Position numbers and translations under genes: made by a program. A stretch of 64,000 nt of DNA. Origin: Cystobasidiomycetes sp. EMM_F5. Lineage: Eukaryota. Numbering within the stretch: the first letter of the stretch is position 1; each line of letters opens with the position of its first letter. The notes under the pieces were generated by a model. The model did not search any database. It was not told where the DNA came from and saw only the letters and a program-made list of their open reading frames with translations. Shown piece by piece: positions 1 through 12,503 of this stretch. The DNA is taken from assembly GCA_051047955.1 (NCBI GenBank), contig JBPGPT010000046.1:1-64000 (forward strand), read 5' to 3'.

Positions 1-94
1 CGTCGCCCTTACGGCAGCAAACCTGTTTACAATAATCCGATACGTTGTTTTTTGCGTCAGATCCCGCGGAACCTATCCACCAGTCACAGAAAAG

Positions 95-1754
95 TCATCG
101 GAAGCTGGCGCACGAGTCGAGTTTGGCAGTGGTGCAAACACGAAATGCTCGGCAAATGCAAAGTGATCTTGGAGAGCGGCAAATGCAGCCGCAAATCCCC
201 GCGCTCATAAAACATGACATAGTACAACTCTTGGACAGGGCGGAATGCTCATACAAACATGTTATATTGGGCTGAACGTTTTTGCTCACCGTCACGCTGA
301 CGTCCGACGAGGAGGACTCGTAGTCGGTGATCTCTGCTGTACATTCTGCAGAAGACTCTTTCGTCGTTGACGAGGTCGCTGCGGTGTCTGCTTGCTTTCC
401 TTTATAGCACCCTCCTGGATGACTGCAGTCCGCGGGGCATTCGAAGTCACTACATCACGTGTTAGCTATTGTCCCTGAATGACACCGTGGTCGTCAAAAA
501 ACGTACGGGTTTCAACTCTGTAGTGTTGCACTTGTCTGGTTGGAGAAGACTTTTTGAGCCGAGGCTTTGTGTCCGCTTGGCTTTGTTCAGTTTGAAGACG
601 TTGGGAATATTCTGCTTCCTCCCGAGCGGCCTGCATAGCTGACTCCCTGATTTCTTTCCTTTCTTGCTCCTTCATCAGTGCTTTTCTAGCTGTTGAGGGA
701 GCGCAGATTCAATCAGTTCCCGACCACGGTATCGTAGATCTAGCCTCACCTTTCTCGAGCGCATCGCTAGCAGCTCGTTGGGTGAAGGACATAATTTCCA
801 AAAGGGCTCGAAGACAATCAGTACTGGGGACTAAAACCAAGCCGGAGAGTCGCCAATGACTGCCAATGTAGGGAGCTCGGAATACTGTTGGCCTCGACAA
901 AGATTGACGCAGCAAGAAATAGGAGCGAGTTATCAATGTACGTCAGCCTCTGGGCTGGAATCGAGTGAGGCAGCCCGCGTTCATAATGGCGATGCTGTTT
1001 ACACTGGTGACATGTAAGCGCAGCGTCCCGGCGGTTCTTTCAGCCTTACAGCGCGCCACACAGGCAATTAGTCACGGGTTCAAGTGGACACTTTTTAGCA
1101 TGCATGACGCAGACAGAGAACACTCATCAGATATTGTGCGGCCGCATTCGTCTCCCGCAGCATGTGCTAGCAAGAACATATCAGCAGTGTGTATGGCAGG
1201 GCTTGCATACTAAGATCGGCTGAACATGTTGCTACCATCGCACTTGTAGGCATACACCTTGCCGGCAAAACGAATCTCGAAAGTTCGTCCAGGAACACGC
1301 TGTGCTGGTGTCAGAGTTTCAAAGGCTTGTCGTGCCGCTTGCGCCAGTCCCGGAGGCGGCGCAGAGCGAGCTGCGTATGAAATTCAGACATCGTGTGTGA
1401 CAAATGCTATAGCTGCAGTACGTACCCTGTGAGACAAAGTCACTGTACGTGTTGCTGCTTCTTTCCGTAGTCAGGCGGGGACGAACAGCTGGATTACCAG
1501 AGCGGGTTGTCGAAGGGGTCGTCCCAGGCGAAAGCGATCTAGATGCACTATTTGCAGATGGAGGTTTCGGCTGATTCAGTCGTGCTGTGAGGTTTTGTCT
1601 TGTACGATTCGTTGCAACATCAATGCAGGCTTGGCAGACCACCTGATTTGGAGCATCTGTAATGGTTGTCAACAATAGTCCTGCATGCTACGCGTGAAAA
1701 TTGCCCACCTGGCTTGCGGGTGAAGGTATTGTCGCAGATCTTGCACTTGAGCAT
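95..1754 (-). CDS. Multi-exon hypothetical protein with an N-terminal CxxC...CxxC zinc-ribbon-like motif; 3' end uncertain
   Basis: ATG at 1754. Removing a 52-nt GTGGGC...TTACAG intron gives MLKCKICDNTFTRKPDAPNQVVCQAC. Further minus-strand ORF pieces (1319-1675, 709-936, 466-675) are bounded by GT..AG signals. No family recognised. Confidence 0.4.
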
Positions 1755-2121
1755 GCCTGAGGTGCGAATAGGATGTGGTAAGCGTGCAGCGTGAAGGCAG
1801 ATTTATGCTGCAGGTCAGCCCAAATTCGGATCGCTGACACCGCCATCAGTACAGCAATTACGTGATATTACTGGCAAAACGGACACAGACTACACGTGAC
1901 AGCAGTGCAGTATGGAATGTGAGAGTGATGTGTATCGATTAAATGACATTTGGGTCAGTGATGCCGCTGCTGGCTAGTACTGCAGACCGATCCATCGGGG
2001 GTTGCAACTTATTCGTACAGACCCGATAGTCATGCCGCGTAGCATCAAGCAGCATTTGTGTACAAGCAGTCGCAGTCGTGTCCGCCACCTCGAAGTGCCC
2101 TCCAGCTGTTGTCGGCCCATC

Positions 2122-3273
2122 TCAAGCAGTAGCCGCCCATTTCGCCCGTAGTCCGTAGAAAGAAACAAGTGATCCGAAGATGCCAGTCCAAAGCTCCGCA
2201 TTCGCGTAAAGACCATTAGGAAGTACCCTGTGTGACACCGTCTTAGCTCCCGATCGCATTAGATATATATGCGTAGACTTGCCAATGAATGCTTGGCGGC
2301 AGGTAGGCAAGATTCGAGGAGATGGCGTTGATCAGCGCCTTGCTCTGCTCGATGCAGTCTTTCTCATTCATGGCCAATGCAGCTTCTTCGACAGCTATGG
2401 TGCCTTGTTCTACCAGAGCATCAGAGTCGACTTGACCAGCATCGATTTTTTCCGACGTTGTCGATGCATGGCGGTCCGTGATCTTTTGATGATCTCGCTG
2501 TCTGCGACTGCTGACATACGACATTCGCTTCGAGAGCACGCGGGCTTCTGAGGACTGTTTGTACAGATCAAGTGCAAGATAGGCGAGCCAGGCACGGCAG
2601 GCCCAGAGCAGGCTCTTCAGTCGTTTGTCAGCTGGGATATCCAGAACACCATGTGCGCCCAGGTAGTCTGCATTACTACGGCATTAGTGCGTCGGTCAGC
2701 GATCTCTTATATGGGTCCACTAACACGCGTGCTCCAGCGGGTAGTAGATTAGCATCGACAGCATCTGTAATCGCTGGATATTGAGCATCTTCCAGTCGCT
2801 TGTTTTGGATTGCGCAGCTTTCTGCTCCAAGCTGATAGTGCCGGCAATAATGCTCAGCAGGCCGAACATCCGCATTCCCATGCGGAGATCACTGGCTTTG
2901 GCGGCCGCTGCTCGTAGACGGACGGCAAGGTTGAGCCGACGCAGCCCCGTAACAGATAGCTTGCCTCCAAGGTATGGCGAAAGCGTCTTGGACAAGCCTA
3001 CGGAGCGGGTTGCGAGTTGGGCCAACAATGGAAATCCGTACTATGACAGAAGAAGGGTCAGCCATAGCCTTCGAGATGTCGGAGTGATGGTATGCTCACG
3101 TTTACAAGCATAAAAGCCCTGTCGAGGCCAGAAACGCTCGAGAGCAGCACAATCAGACGCCGCAGGATAGCCGAGAGCCGTGCCGAAGCTGGAATGAAGC
3201 GACCGACAGCCAGCGGATTGTACACATCAAGCTTCTTCATGATGCTTTCATCTTTTGGCTTCGACAGTGACAT
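2122..3273 (-). CDS. PEX11: Peroxisomal membrane protein, PEX11 family (PEX11C-like)
   Basis: Spliced ORFs 3058-3273, 2720-3028, 2243-2539 and 2122-2310. Motifs GLDRAFML, SDLRMGMRMFGLL, LIYYPLEHA-YLGAHG, WACRAWLAY and NLAYLPPSIHW match PEX11C-type peroxins. Confidence 0.7.
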
Positions 3274-3425
3274 TTTAGCAAAGACTTGGTGTGGTCACAA
3301 AATGCAGCGAGTCCGGTGACCTTGTTGGTGTCCAGCAGCCGGTTTCCGACGAACAACGCCCGGAGTCTATATTGACAACATACGCCGCTGCTACTACTCA
3401 AAAGCATGAACTCCTCGACACTGAT

Positions 3426-6400
3426 TCATCTCCGCTTGCCCTTGTTGACAATGTTGACGTTGGCGTTCTTTTTACCGGACGAGAGCGGGACATACGCATA
3501 TGGGTTTGGCCCGTTGGCCTTCTTGATATCACCACCGGCTCTCTTAGCTTTGAATTCCTGTCCGATGGCTTCTTTGCTTCTTTTGGGCTTCTTCTGATTA
3601 CCTCGCTGCTTGGCGACTCCCAAATCCGCTAGCTTGTCTTTGACATCTTCGACGAGCTCGTCCTCCTCAAGTTGTGCTCTGGACCGCTTCGTAGACTTGT
3701 TAATCTTGACGCGACCTTTATCGTCCCGTCTAAAGCCGTCTTCGCCCATGATAGCTTCCAGGTACGCGTTTGTGCTATCGATAGGTCCCTGTTTACCGGC
3801 ATCTTCCGCGTGACGGTCTTCATCGCTGTCTGCAAAGATCATTTTGCCCGTCTTTGAGTCTGTCTTGTATCCTCTGCCACCTTCGGCATCCGGATCGGCA
3901 CGCTTTGCGCGTCGTGCACTGTCGATATTGGGGTTCGCGCGAGAAATGCGGCCAAGCATACGATCGTCAAGCAAGTCGAGAGGCTCGTCGGCATCTTCAC
4001 GGATGTATGCAGAGCCTGCTTCCTCATCAGCTTTCCCCTTCTTCCGGCCAATTGCATTCTTCCGGAGACGAGGCTGTTCCGCCTGACCCTTGTCTACTCT
4101 GCCGGACTTGCTCGGCTTTGCCTGCGCTTCGTCTTCGCTCTCGCCCTCTTCATCTTCACTGCCGTAGAGAGCGTCTTCATATGCATCTCTTGTCGCTTGC
4201 GGTCGATTGACGTCTTCGACAACATCACCTTGCACATCGTTCTGCTCCTTCTTTCGCTTGGCTCGTATTTGCCGCTTGCGAATACTCTGTAACAGCTTCC
4301 TGTCGTCTTCTTGTGTCAACTTCTCGATGGTTTCATAGCCAAATTTGCGAATGAGTCGCTCGAAGATATGCCGAATATTCAGTTTAAAGTGGTTCTTGTG
4401 CTCATGCGACCATTCTAGTAGCGCAGGGATCAGCTGACTCAGATGCGGCTGTATGTCCTTGGCTGGCAGCGCAACGACGGCAACTTTGACGAATCCAATT
4501 GTCGACTTTACTACTTCGCGATTCGGCGAAGCAAGAAAGACGAGAACTGTCGCAACAAGCTCCTGTACTGTCTCAGAGGGCACTTGAGCTGACAATTCCG
4601 GAGTCAGTATACACGAAAGAGTATGGAATCGTTTGCCAACCTACTGTTGTACTCAAACAGTAGCCTTGACAGGGCGGTGATTGTAGCACTGATCATGTGT
4701 GGAGATTTGCCAGCCAAACCTGCGGCTACCATGGTCAAGTATTCCGAGACCGAGCCTTCGGTGGTGTCGTCCATTGTTTCATCGCCTTCGTTATCAAAGC
4801 CTGTAATTAAGCTTCGCTTGACTACGCCACCCTGCTTCATTTTCTCGCCCATACCGACCAGGAGGTCATACGCGGCCGACCGTGCGGCTTCGTTGGCTTC
4901 CTTGGTAGCTAACACCGCTTCCGGAATAATGGATGGTATGACATGCAATCTGTCTGTAGGCAACATCGGTATGATGGTTGCCAACAGGCACGTACGATCC
5001 TTCTTGGCGGAAGCTGCCACTGCGGAATTCTTTTCGATAAGAGTCTGCACCACCAGCTCTAGATTGTCCCGCATACAGCGTTCTCCGGTAGCGTTGCCGG
5101 GCTCACATAGGCGAACGAGAATACGGTACGCCTTCTTCTGAACCGCAGTATCGGTGTTTTGCAGGATCGCATCCGATAGCACTAACTTCAGCAGAGACTC
5201 GGCAGTCTGCACATCTGGTAAGAATGGCACCATTTGAACCATGAAATCAAGCATTGTTTGCGGGACTGCCGCGGCATCCTTGCCTGTTTTGCTTGAGGCT
5301 GCTTCTGCCAACGCCTGAGTCAGAAGACCCTGTATCTTCGTGAATGTTGCTTTGCGATCCTGTAACGGATGGTTCAGTACCTCAGGATTTGAGTTCACAT
5401 TAATTTGCGAGAGGCTCACCTCGGGTGATAAAATACCAAGATAAGCAGCAATGCAGTCCAAGATGTAGCCCCTTCCTTCTTTACTGGCACTGCTGAAGAC
5501 GTTGAACATCACAGCCAACAAGTCAGTCGCCAGTCTCGCCAGGAGCGCGAGGTTCGCTTCGCCATCTGCTTTTTCTAAGCCAAATGTGTCCAAAAGGATT
5601 TCGCGAGGTGAGGCGGATGCCACTATACTTGCGTTACGCTCTACTAATAGCTGAAGACCGCGAAACACGGGTGGCCGGAGATGTGATTGAGAGTACATGA
5701 CGTTCGAAAGAATTTCGCAGAATGCAGGCGTGAAAGCATTCGGTAGGTCAACGGGCAGGTCACAGTAACCTGGGAAGAGAGCCCAAATCTGCGCAACGAC
5801 CGCTTCGTAAACTTTGGCTTCGATGCCTGCACGCTTTTTGACCGCTTCACTGGCTGATGGAGCATCCGCTCGACCTTCAGCTTCGCGGTATTTAATGTAT
5901 ATACTCTCGCTTAGCGGCACGAAGTAGCTTGTGAAGTGAGAGAGATGCGTATTTGTGACCTTCGAGCGTAGGATCGGCAAAAGCCAAGCACGTCCAGCTT
6001 CTTCCGGATCCAGCTTCTCCGAATCTATCAGATTCAAAGGTATAAGATGTAGAAGCCACTCTGGCCCGCAAACCTCAGTAGCGGCTCCTAGTACAAGCTC
6101 TGCGGCCTCTCGGTATTCGAAACCTTCGGTGCCACGGAGATGGCCTGCAACCTTTATGTGCTCCGCCAGAAGCGCAGAAGCAGCTGGCACCCGCTTGCCG
6201 GTCATTGGGTCATCGACTTGTACCCGCAGCTTGAGTACGGTAGACGCGATGACTTGCAAAAGATGTGGCATTGCAACGGCTTGATTCTTGATGTTACGTA
6301 CAGCAGACAGTAGAGCGTCACATATCGCATGTAGCGGATGCTCAGGGTCGACTTCGCCGGTAGGAGCATACGAGACGGAATATGTGATCTCGTTGCTGGT

Positions 6401-7610
6401 GATGCAGTACCTGACCAGAGCCGTCAGTGTTGAAGTCGCAGCCGCGCGGATCGCTGGCACAGTCGACGAAAGGTATCCCATGACGCCGCGAACTGTTGGA
6501 AAGACAGCCAAGGTGCACGCTTCAGGACTACTTCGAGCGAAGGCGACAAAGCCGTGTTCAACGGTGCCAAGCCATCCGGGTAGTATACGCTCTTCTACGG
6601 TGCCGTTGCCATCTGGACGGGCATCCAGCACCGCACTTAAGATTTCTTCAATCTTGCCTTCCTCGAAAGAATCGGAGGATTTTGTGAAAAGCTGCTCGAG
6701 AATATCATACGATGCAGAAGTAAGGTAGGCGTTACTCAAGCGAGGTAGTGTGAGCAACAGCGCGCAGAGTGGGCCAATAGCCTGGAAAATATGCAACCAT
6801 CAGGAACGAGTGCAGCCGAAACCATCCTGGCAAGCTTACACTGGCTGGCCAGTCTTTTCCGATCATCTTTATGATTGCGCACAAAGCAATGGCACGCGAT
6901 GCCTCTTCCGATGCTGCTCCACCCTTATTGTCCTGGTTTGCTGCCCTCTTTTTGCTTCCTTTCTTACCCTGCTGTAGCGAGTCTTTCAGGCTTTCCATAA
7001 TGAATTCAGCAGTTCGTATGGCATAAGGGTGCTTGATGCTCGGTGCGGGTGGACTAGCGAGGAGCATACAGACAGCTTCCTGCGCTTTACGGCGAACTTT
7101 CGGTCGTGGATCGATGATCAGGCTCAGTACCGAATTGAAGACTTGCGTCGTGTACAGCTGATTGAGCGCAGTAGCGTCCATTGCGAGAAGAGCGCATTGT
7201 ATGATGGTCAGGAGAGATTTTACAGCTGGTGCTTGGTCGTTGAGCGATGCGAGCAATGGGGCGGAGAGTTGAAGAAGGGCACTGCTCTTGCTTCTCACGA
7301 CGGGCGATGGAGAGAACGGGAGAACCAGCGCTAGAAGATACAGGGCTGCCTGAAGAGTTTCGCCATGGTCGCCACTGCCAGTCGCAACGTCGGCAGATTG
7401 TGCGAGCTGCTCCGAGGTCGACAAAAGAGCAACGAGGTATGCTACGGGCGTAACAGCAGTACCTTGCTCGTTGAGCGTGCCCTCAATTGCCAACAGCAAC
7501 GTCGCTGGCCGCTTCTGATGCACCAAATTTGACGTTGTCTGGTGCCGGATCTTGTCGAGTTCAATGGCCAGTAGTGCGCCGGCGTCGCTCGAGCCGCTAA
7601 CGGCAGACAT
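3426..7610 (-). CDS. RRP12: Ribosomal RNA-processing protein 12 (HEAT/NUC173 domain)
   Basis: ORFs 6732-7610, 4604-6796 and 3426-4595. Motifs DPRPKVRRKAQ, GRAWLLPILR, QIWALFPGYC, QKKAYRIL, EFKAKRAGGDIKK and PYAYVPL. Confidence 0.95.
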
Positions 7611-7797
7611 GGCTGCGGTATATCAGCTTGCAGAATCAGCGTTGATGACTTTAGATCAGGCTTGCATGACAATCTGTAGAGTAAACATGCTCATTCTGAA
7701 AATTATGCCTACTGGTACAGACAGCCCCTATTTTCGTATTCTCCATCTGCCCTCAGGCTGTCAGTCCGTGCTCACTAGACACTGTGCAGGAGTCTAG

Positions 7798-10158
7798 TCA
7801 CAGCCTCGCCTGCGTCTGCTCCGTCTGCCGAGCGTGCTCCGACATGTCCATGAGCATGTCTGCTGCAACAGCCAGATTGCGGGTGTATTCTGCGTTTTTT
7901 TGACTCTTCTTGGATGTGACAGTAAACACCAGGTGATTATCGTGTATACTGTACGGTAGACCTGCACGAGACCATTCAGTGATTCGGCGACAACATGTTG
8001 TGGCAGAAGGCAAAGACGCACCAAAGCCGTCTGCCGATACTTGTCCCCACCCATATCCTCTAAAATACTTCGAATAGATCAACGAGGTGCTCAAACGCCA
8101 TGTACCGCTCCTCTTCAGTAAATCATTCTGAAACAAAGGCACTTGCTCGCCTAAAGACTGCTCGGCCGCAATCATCTTCATCCCGAAAAGATGTCTGTCG
8201 CATCCCATTGCGTTACTCGCATCCTTCATATCCTTACCATGCTGTTGCAAAGCTTCCATGAAGAGCGCTCGCTTCTCGCTGTCATTCTTGCCCGAATCTG
8301 GTCGCATCGCCAACACGAAAGCTTTGCTGGCCGGGCTGCAGACGCGCACAGTCTCCGTCCGACCCAATGCATACCGACGCGTCATGGCAGCCTCATAAGT
8401 CGCCGTACAAGGTTCTTCAGGGAACGTCAGGGCATATGCAAGCTGCATCACCATCTGCACCCAGCCGTCAGGCGAGCATTTCTGCGCCTTGATACCCTCC
8501 TTGCCGTATCGAGGATAGTGCAAATATCCCATGCTTTGCTGGCCCGTTGCTTGTTGGTAGTCGGAACGAGCTTTGTTGATCGCGTCAGTGATGCGCTTGT
8601 CTGTTTGAATCGCTAAATGCTCGACGTCGATACTGTCAGCACTGCCGGATGTTGTGACATCTCGCTTCGATAAGCGTTGTCCGATGTAGTCGTTCACTTT
8701 GGCTGTCGGAGTCCCGTCCATACACGAGTGCTCTCCTATGAAGCCTGCTTCTCCGCTATCAAATACGACCCATTGTAGCGGCTTATCAAACCATCTGTTC
8801 TCCCCGTTGCCATGCAGTAACTGCTTGGAGAACTCCAAAGCGTTGTCGACGCCCTCTTTACCGTCCGAGCTGACGTAGGAGGATGGAGTTGCCGGGTCCA
8901 AGCATAGAACGAAAGAGGCACTTTCAATGGCGCTCAAACTCTTAACGTTGTCCTGTGAGATTTCTAGCAAGTGCGCTCTAGCCTGCATAACTTTACCGTC
9001 AGCCTGACCCCACCTTTGCACTCGTAGTAGAAACGCACATCGGTCCACGCATCACGATGTCCACCAGTCAATAGTCCTACTGGTTCCTCCGCTTGCACCT
9101 TTTGCTCATAAATGGCCTTAAACAGCCTATGGATGCTGACGTTAGCTTTAGCAAGAGGCGTTGTAACGCTGTCACCTACCGATGCCAGTTCTCGAGACTA
9201 AAGCTCTGGCCTCGATGGTCGAATAGAGGTATTTTGTAAAATGAATTATTGCGGATGACGATGTAATGTGCGCCTTTCGGGTCGTCTTCACTTAGTTTGA
9301 TGGCATAATCGTACGGTTTTGAGGGTATTCGACATGCATTGAACATCCTCAACAACAAAGGGCTGTCAGGAGCGAAACGTTGTTCAGATTTTAACTCCTG
9401 CTCACCATTTGTAGCTCTCCATGTCGAGCTTGATTCCACCAGCTCCATTGTCTGGATCGATCTTTCCGTCGATAAGAAGGGCTCGAAAATCGAGGATAGT
9501 GGTGATGAGTGATGCAGCTATATAAGCGGGATCCGCTTGCTCGTCATATGGAGAAGTCGTAGACGAAGTAGACGATTGCGGTAAGCGCGAAAACGCGTAG
9601 AAATACGAAACATTGATAACGACCGGGTCACGGTAGGCCATCTGTTAAGTTATGATCAGCCTGTATCCATTCCAGTACAACAAGAACACTTACATAACCC
9701 TGCGTATCCCACCATTCTGCAAGCCAGCTTGGACAATCGCTGTCATTGTATTGTTTGTGATCAGTTTCTGTACCGGCTACTAACCCAATTTGCCATACTC
9801 ACGGCTGCTCCCTCCTCGCTTTCAGCTTCCGCGTTAGCTGCTCTCCTATTCCGCTAGGCCTCGAAAAGTCTCGCAGCTGGCTTTCGAGTTCCTCCAATTC
9901 TGCTTCGTTTCGCGCTATGGCACTTGCTGACCGCAACAGTTTGTCACACGTCTGTTTCAGTTCTGGTATGGGCAAGCGCTGAAGCTCCGCATGATGTGCC
10001 AGCGTCTTTGAGCTGCTTGGGATAGCTGTAGGAGGGTTAAGTCGCCATTCTCGCCATGACGGAGCTTGCGGTGATGCCATTGCAGTGTATCGCCGGACGC
10101 ACGCTCCCAGACAACTTGTCAATGCTCGCTCTCCGCGCGCGGGAAGCAGCAGAAGCAT
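7798..10158 (-). CDS. CAT2: Carnitine O-acetyltransferase (choline/carnitine acyltransferase family) with C-terminal PTS1 -ARL
   Basis: Motifs LQRLPIPELKQT, YRDPVVINVSY, NRWFDKPLQ, catalytic EHSCMDG, TYEAAMTR..GRTETVR and GCDRHLFG. The protein ends QARL*. Confidence 0.92.
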
Positions 10159-10329
10159 CGAACGTCTTGCGCGTGGATAGATCTTGCTACGCGGTCATAG
10201 GGAGCAGAGTCAAGGCGTGTTGACGCAAGGCACGGACAATGCTCGGAGTCGCGAACCGGTTATCCGGAAAGCCGACCCAGACAAAACATGGTTTCAATAG
10301 GTTTATAGATGTTACAACGCTACACAGAA

Positions 10330-11973
10330 CTACAGACGTACATTGACAGCGTCCAATAAACTCCTCTCGCTCGCAGTCTCCGCCGAGTTTGGATCGAATA
10401 TAGCGAATCCCATGGCTTTCCGCGCATCCTCACCGACGATATCGTCCACCTGTGCGCGTCCTGTGCAGGCCTTCTCGCCATCTCCACCCGGAAAATCTGC
10501 CGGTGGTGTTCCCTGCAGGAACGCCTCCCTCTGTCGCAATACGTAGTCGAAATTGTTTGCAGTGAGGGGAACAGCAGGAATGTACATGACGCTCGAATCG
10601 CCTGAACCTTGGTGACGAGCTTCCACCGCGTGCACTAAGTCAGTGTGCCACAATACAACTGAGCCTGGGGTCACTCTTGGAATCGATGTCATTGTCTTGT
10701 GCAGCGCGAGGTGCGGATGCGTGACATTGTTTAGCTCGATATTATGGCCTAAACTGCAGCCAGGGAAGCTTGCAGTAGTTGCGTCAAACTAATAGTACAT
10801 ATCAGCATCTCTCCTAGAAATCCTGACGTGGGATGACTCACTACCCAGTTACTCGCGTCTAAAAAGGCGTCCGTGTACTGCGGATCATCCTTCGACGCGG
10901 GTGTCTCTGTACGCACAGGTCGGAAGAAGGGTCGCAGCATGATATAAGCCGAAGCTTCTTTCAACAGCGGCAAGACCTTCAAGGTGCCTTCGTTCCTGCG
11001 GGTGTGAGACATGGACAACCATCCTTGAAATGGTCGGAAGACAGAACACTGGCCAGGCCCCTGGTACAGGTCTCCATTCGCTGACAGACGTTCGCCATTA
11101 TCGCCTAGACTCCAAGAATCGTGCTCACGCCAATCGCATCGCCCTTCCAGAATGCGTTTCCAGTAACTCTTGAACGCTGGATCTTCCCATCTTTCGACTC
11201 CTCCTCCATCGATATGCGGACCGAGGGCGAATTTTGCATCTCCAGGTTGACGTATACGAAGTCTGTCTGCATACATGACTGGGTTGTTGAGAGAAATTGC
11301 CAATGCCGTTGGCACAGGCGAAGACGTCTGCTGATGCGGAGCATTAAAGAGCTTCAAGAAAGCACGAGTGGTGTTTTGAAGATTAGGATGAGCGCGCGCT
11401 TCAATCTGAGGCTTCGACCAGTACATCTCGTAGACTTGCTTGTTATCTTCTGGAAATCCTCGAATCATTGGATTTGCGGCGGCATAGTCTCGAACACGCC
11501 GTTTCCATTCGAGGGCTTGAGATTCGGCAACAACCCCTGTGATGACTGCTGCTCCGCGCTGGCGGATCTCTGCGACCTTCTGAGGGGAGATCCATTGATC
11601 AAGCGGCTGACGAGCGATATTGGCATTGGTGGGATATGTAATTTCGGGAATAATGTCATCCGGTCGGGCCGCTACTTCTGCTGTAGCCCTACGAAGAGTG
11701 TGCAAGACATCTTGCCAAGCGCGAGTCACTAGCAGATTCAAATCATGTCAGCTTTGCGTTTTGCGGGGCTCCACGTCAAGTTGACTTGCAGGCATTTACG
11801 TGCGTGTCATTCTGTATAAACGAGGCTTTGAGGTCTGCAAAGCGTGCAGGGAGATTCGCTCCAAGGTCTGCATCTCCACTGAGGGATGCAAAGACCGATG
11901 CTATCGTCCCTTCGGCCTTTCCGGTTGTTGCAGCAGTGGCGAGGGAGCGTCGAGCGAGCATGCTTCCCAACAT
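10330..11973 (-). CDS. DUF1479 / Gig2 / YbiU-like putative 2OG-Fe(II) oxygenase with a predicted mitochondrial presequence
   Basis: Motifs YWSKPQIEARAHP, YADRLRIRQPG, LGPHIDGGGVERWED, CSVFRPFQGWLSMS, WHTDLVHAVE and PPADFPGG. N-terminus MLGSMLARRSLATAA. Confidence 0.85.
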
Positions 11974-12503
11974 TGCCGTTACTGGAGTACTTCACCGACG
12001 TGTGATGTCTGGTAGAAGATAGAGATGTTGCGGAAAAGAGGAGGATGCAGCACAGCCAGCCGTCTCTTTAAAGCTTTCTCGACCGGCGTTTCTCGGTCAA
12101 TGTCGCTCTTTTCTCGAGCAATGCCCGACAACTGACGGAACGTAGCTGTGCCCGGCGAGAAGGACCTCAATACGCTCGGTGTATGGTATGGACAGTGCTG
12201 CGGCCTGGTTGAAAAGCTCTGTCGACTCCGAAAACGGCAGAGTCATGCCTGTCAAGACAGGCACAGCCAAGGTATTTCATGTATGACCACAAAGCCTACA
12301 CGATATACTGCAGAGCATGTTAGGACTCTGACAATCTTGCGAAGCCTGACCGCTACCCCTTCCGTCCTACCGTTGTTGTCAGACGGCACCGCCTGGACCA
12401 TCCTCGGCATCAAGCCTCAGCCAGTGGCGGCGCCCTCTCTGTTTTCAGACTAACTCCTGCCCTTGCGATTTGGCGAGTGCGCTGACAGCCAACAGCTCCA
12501 ACT

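Noticed and set aside
4623..6728. Long antisense ORFs opposite RRP12 (likewise 11121-11732, 41476-42035, 47969-48421)
   Set aside because: Shadow ORFs of real coding strands, with no recognisable motifs.
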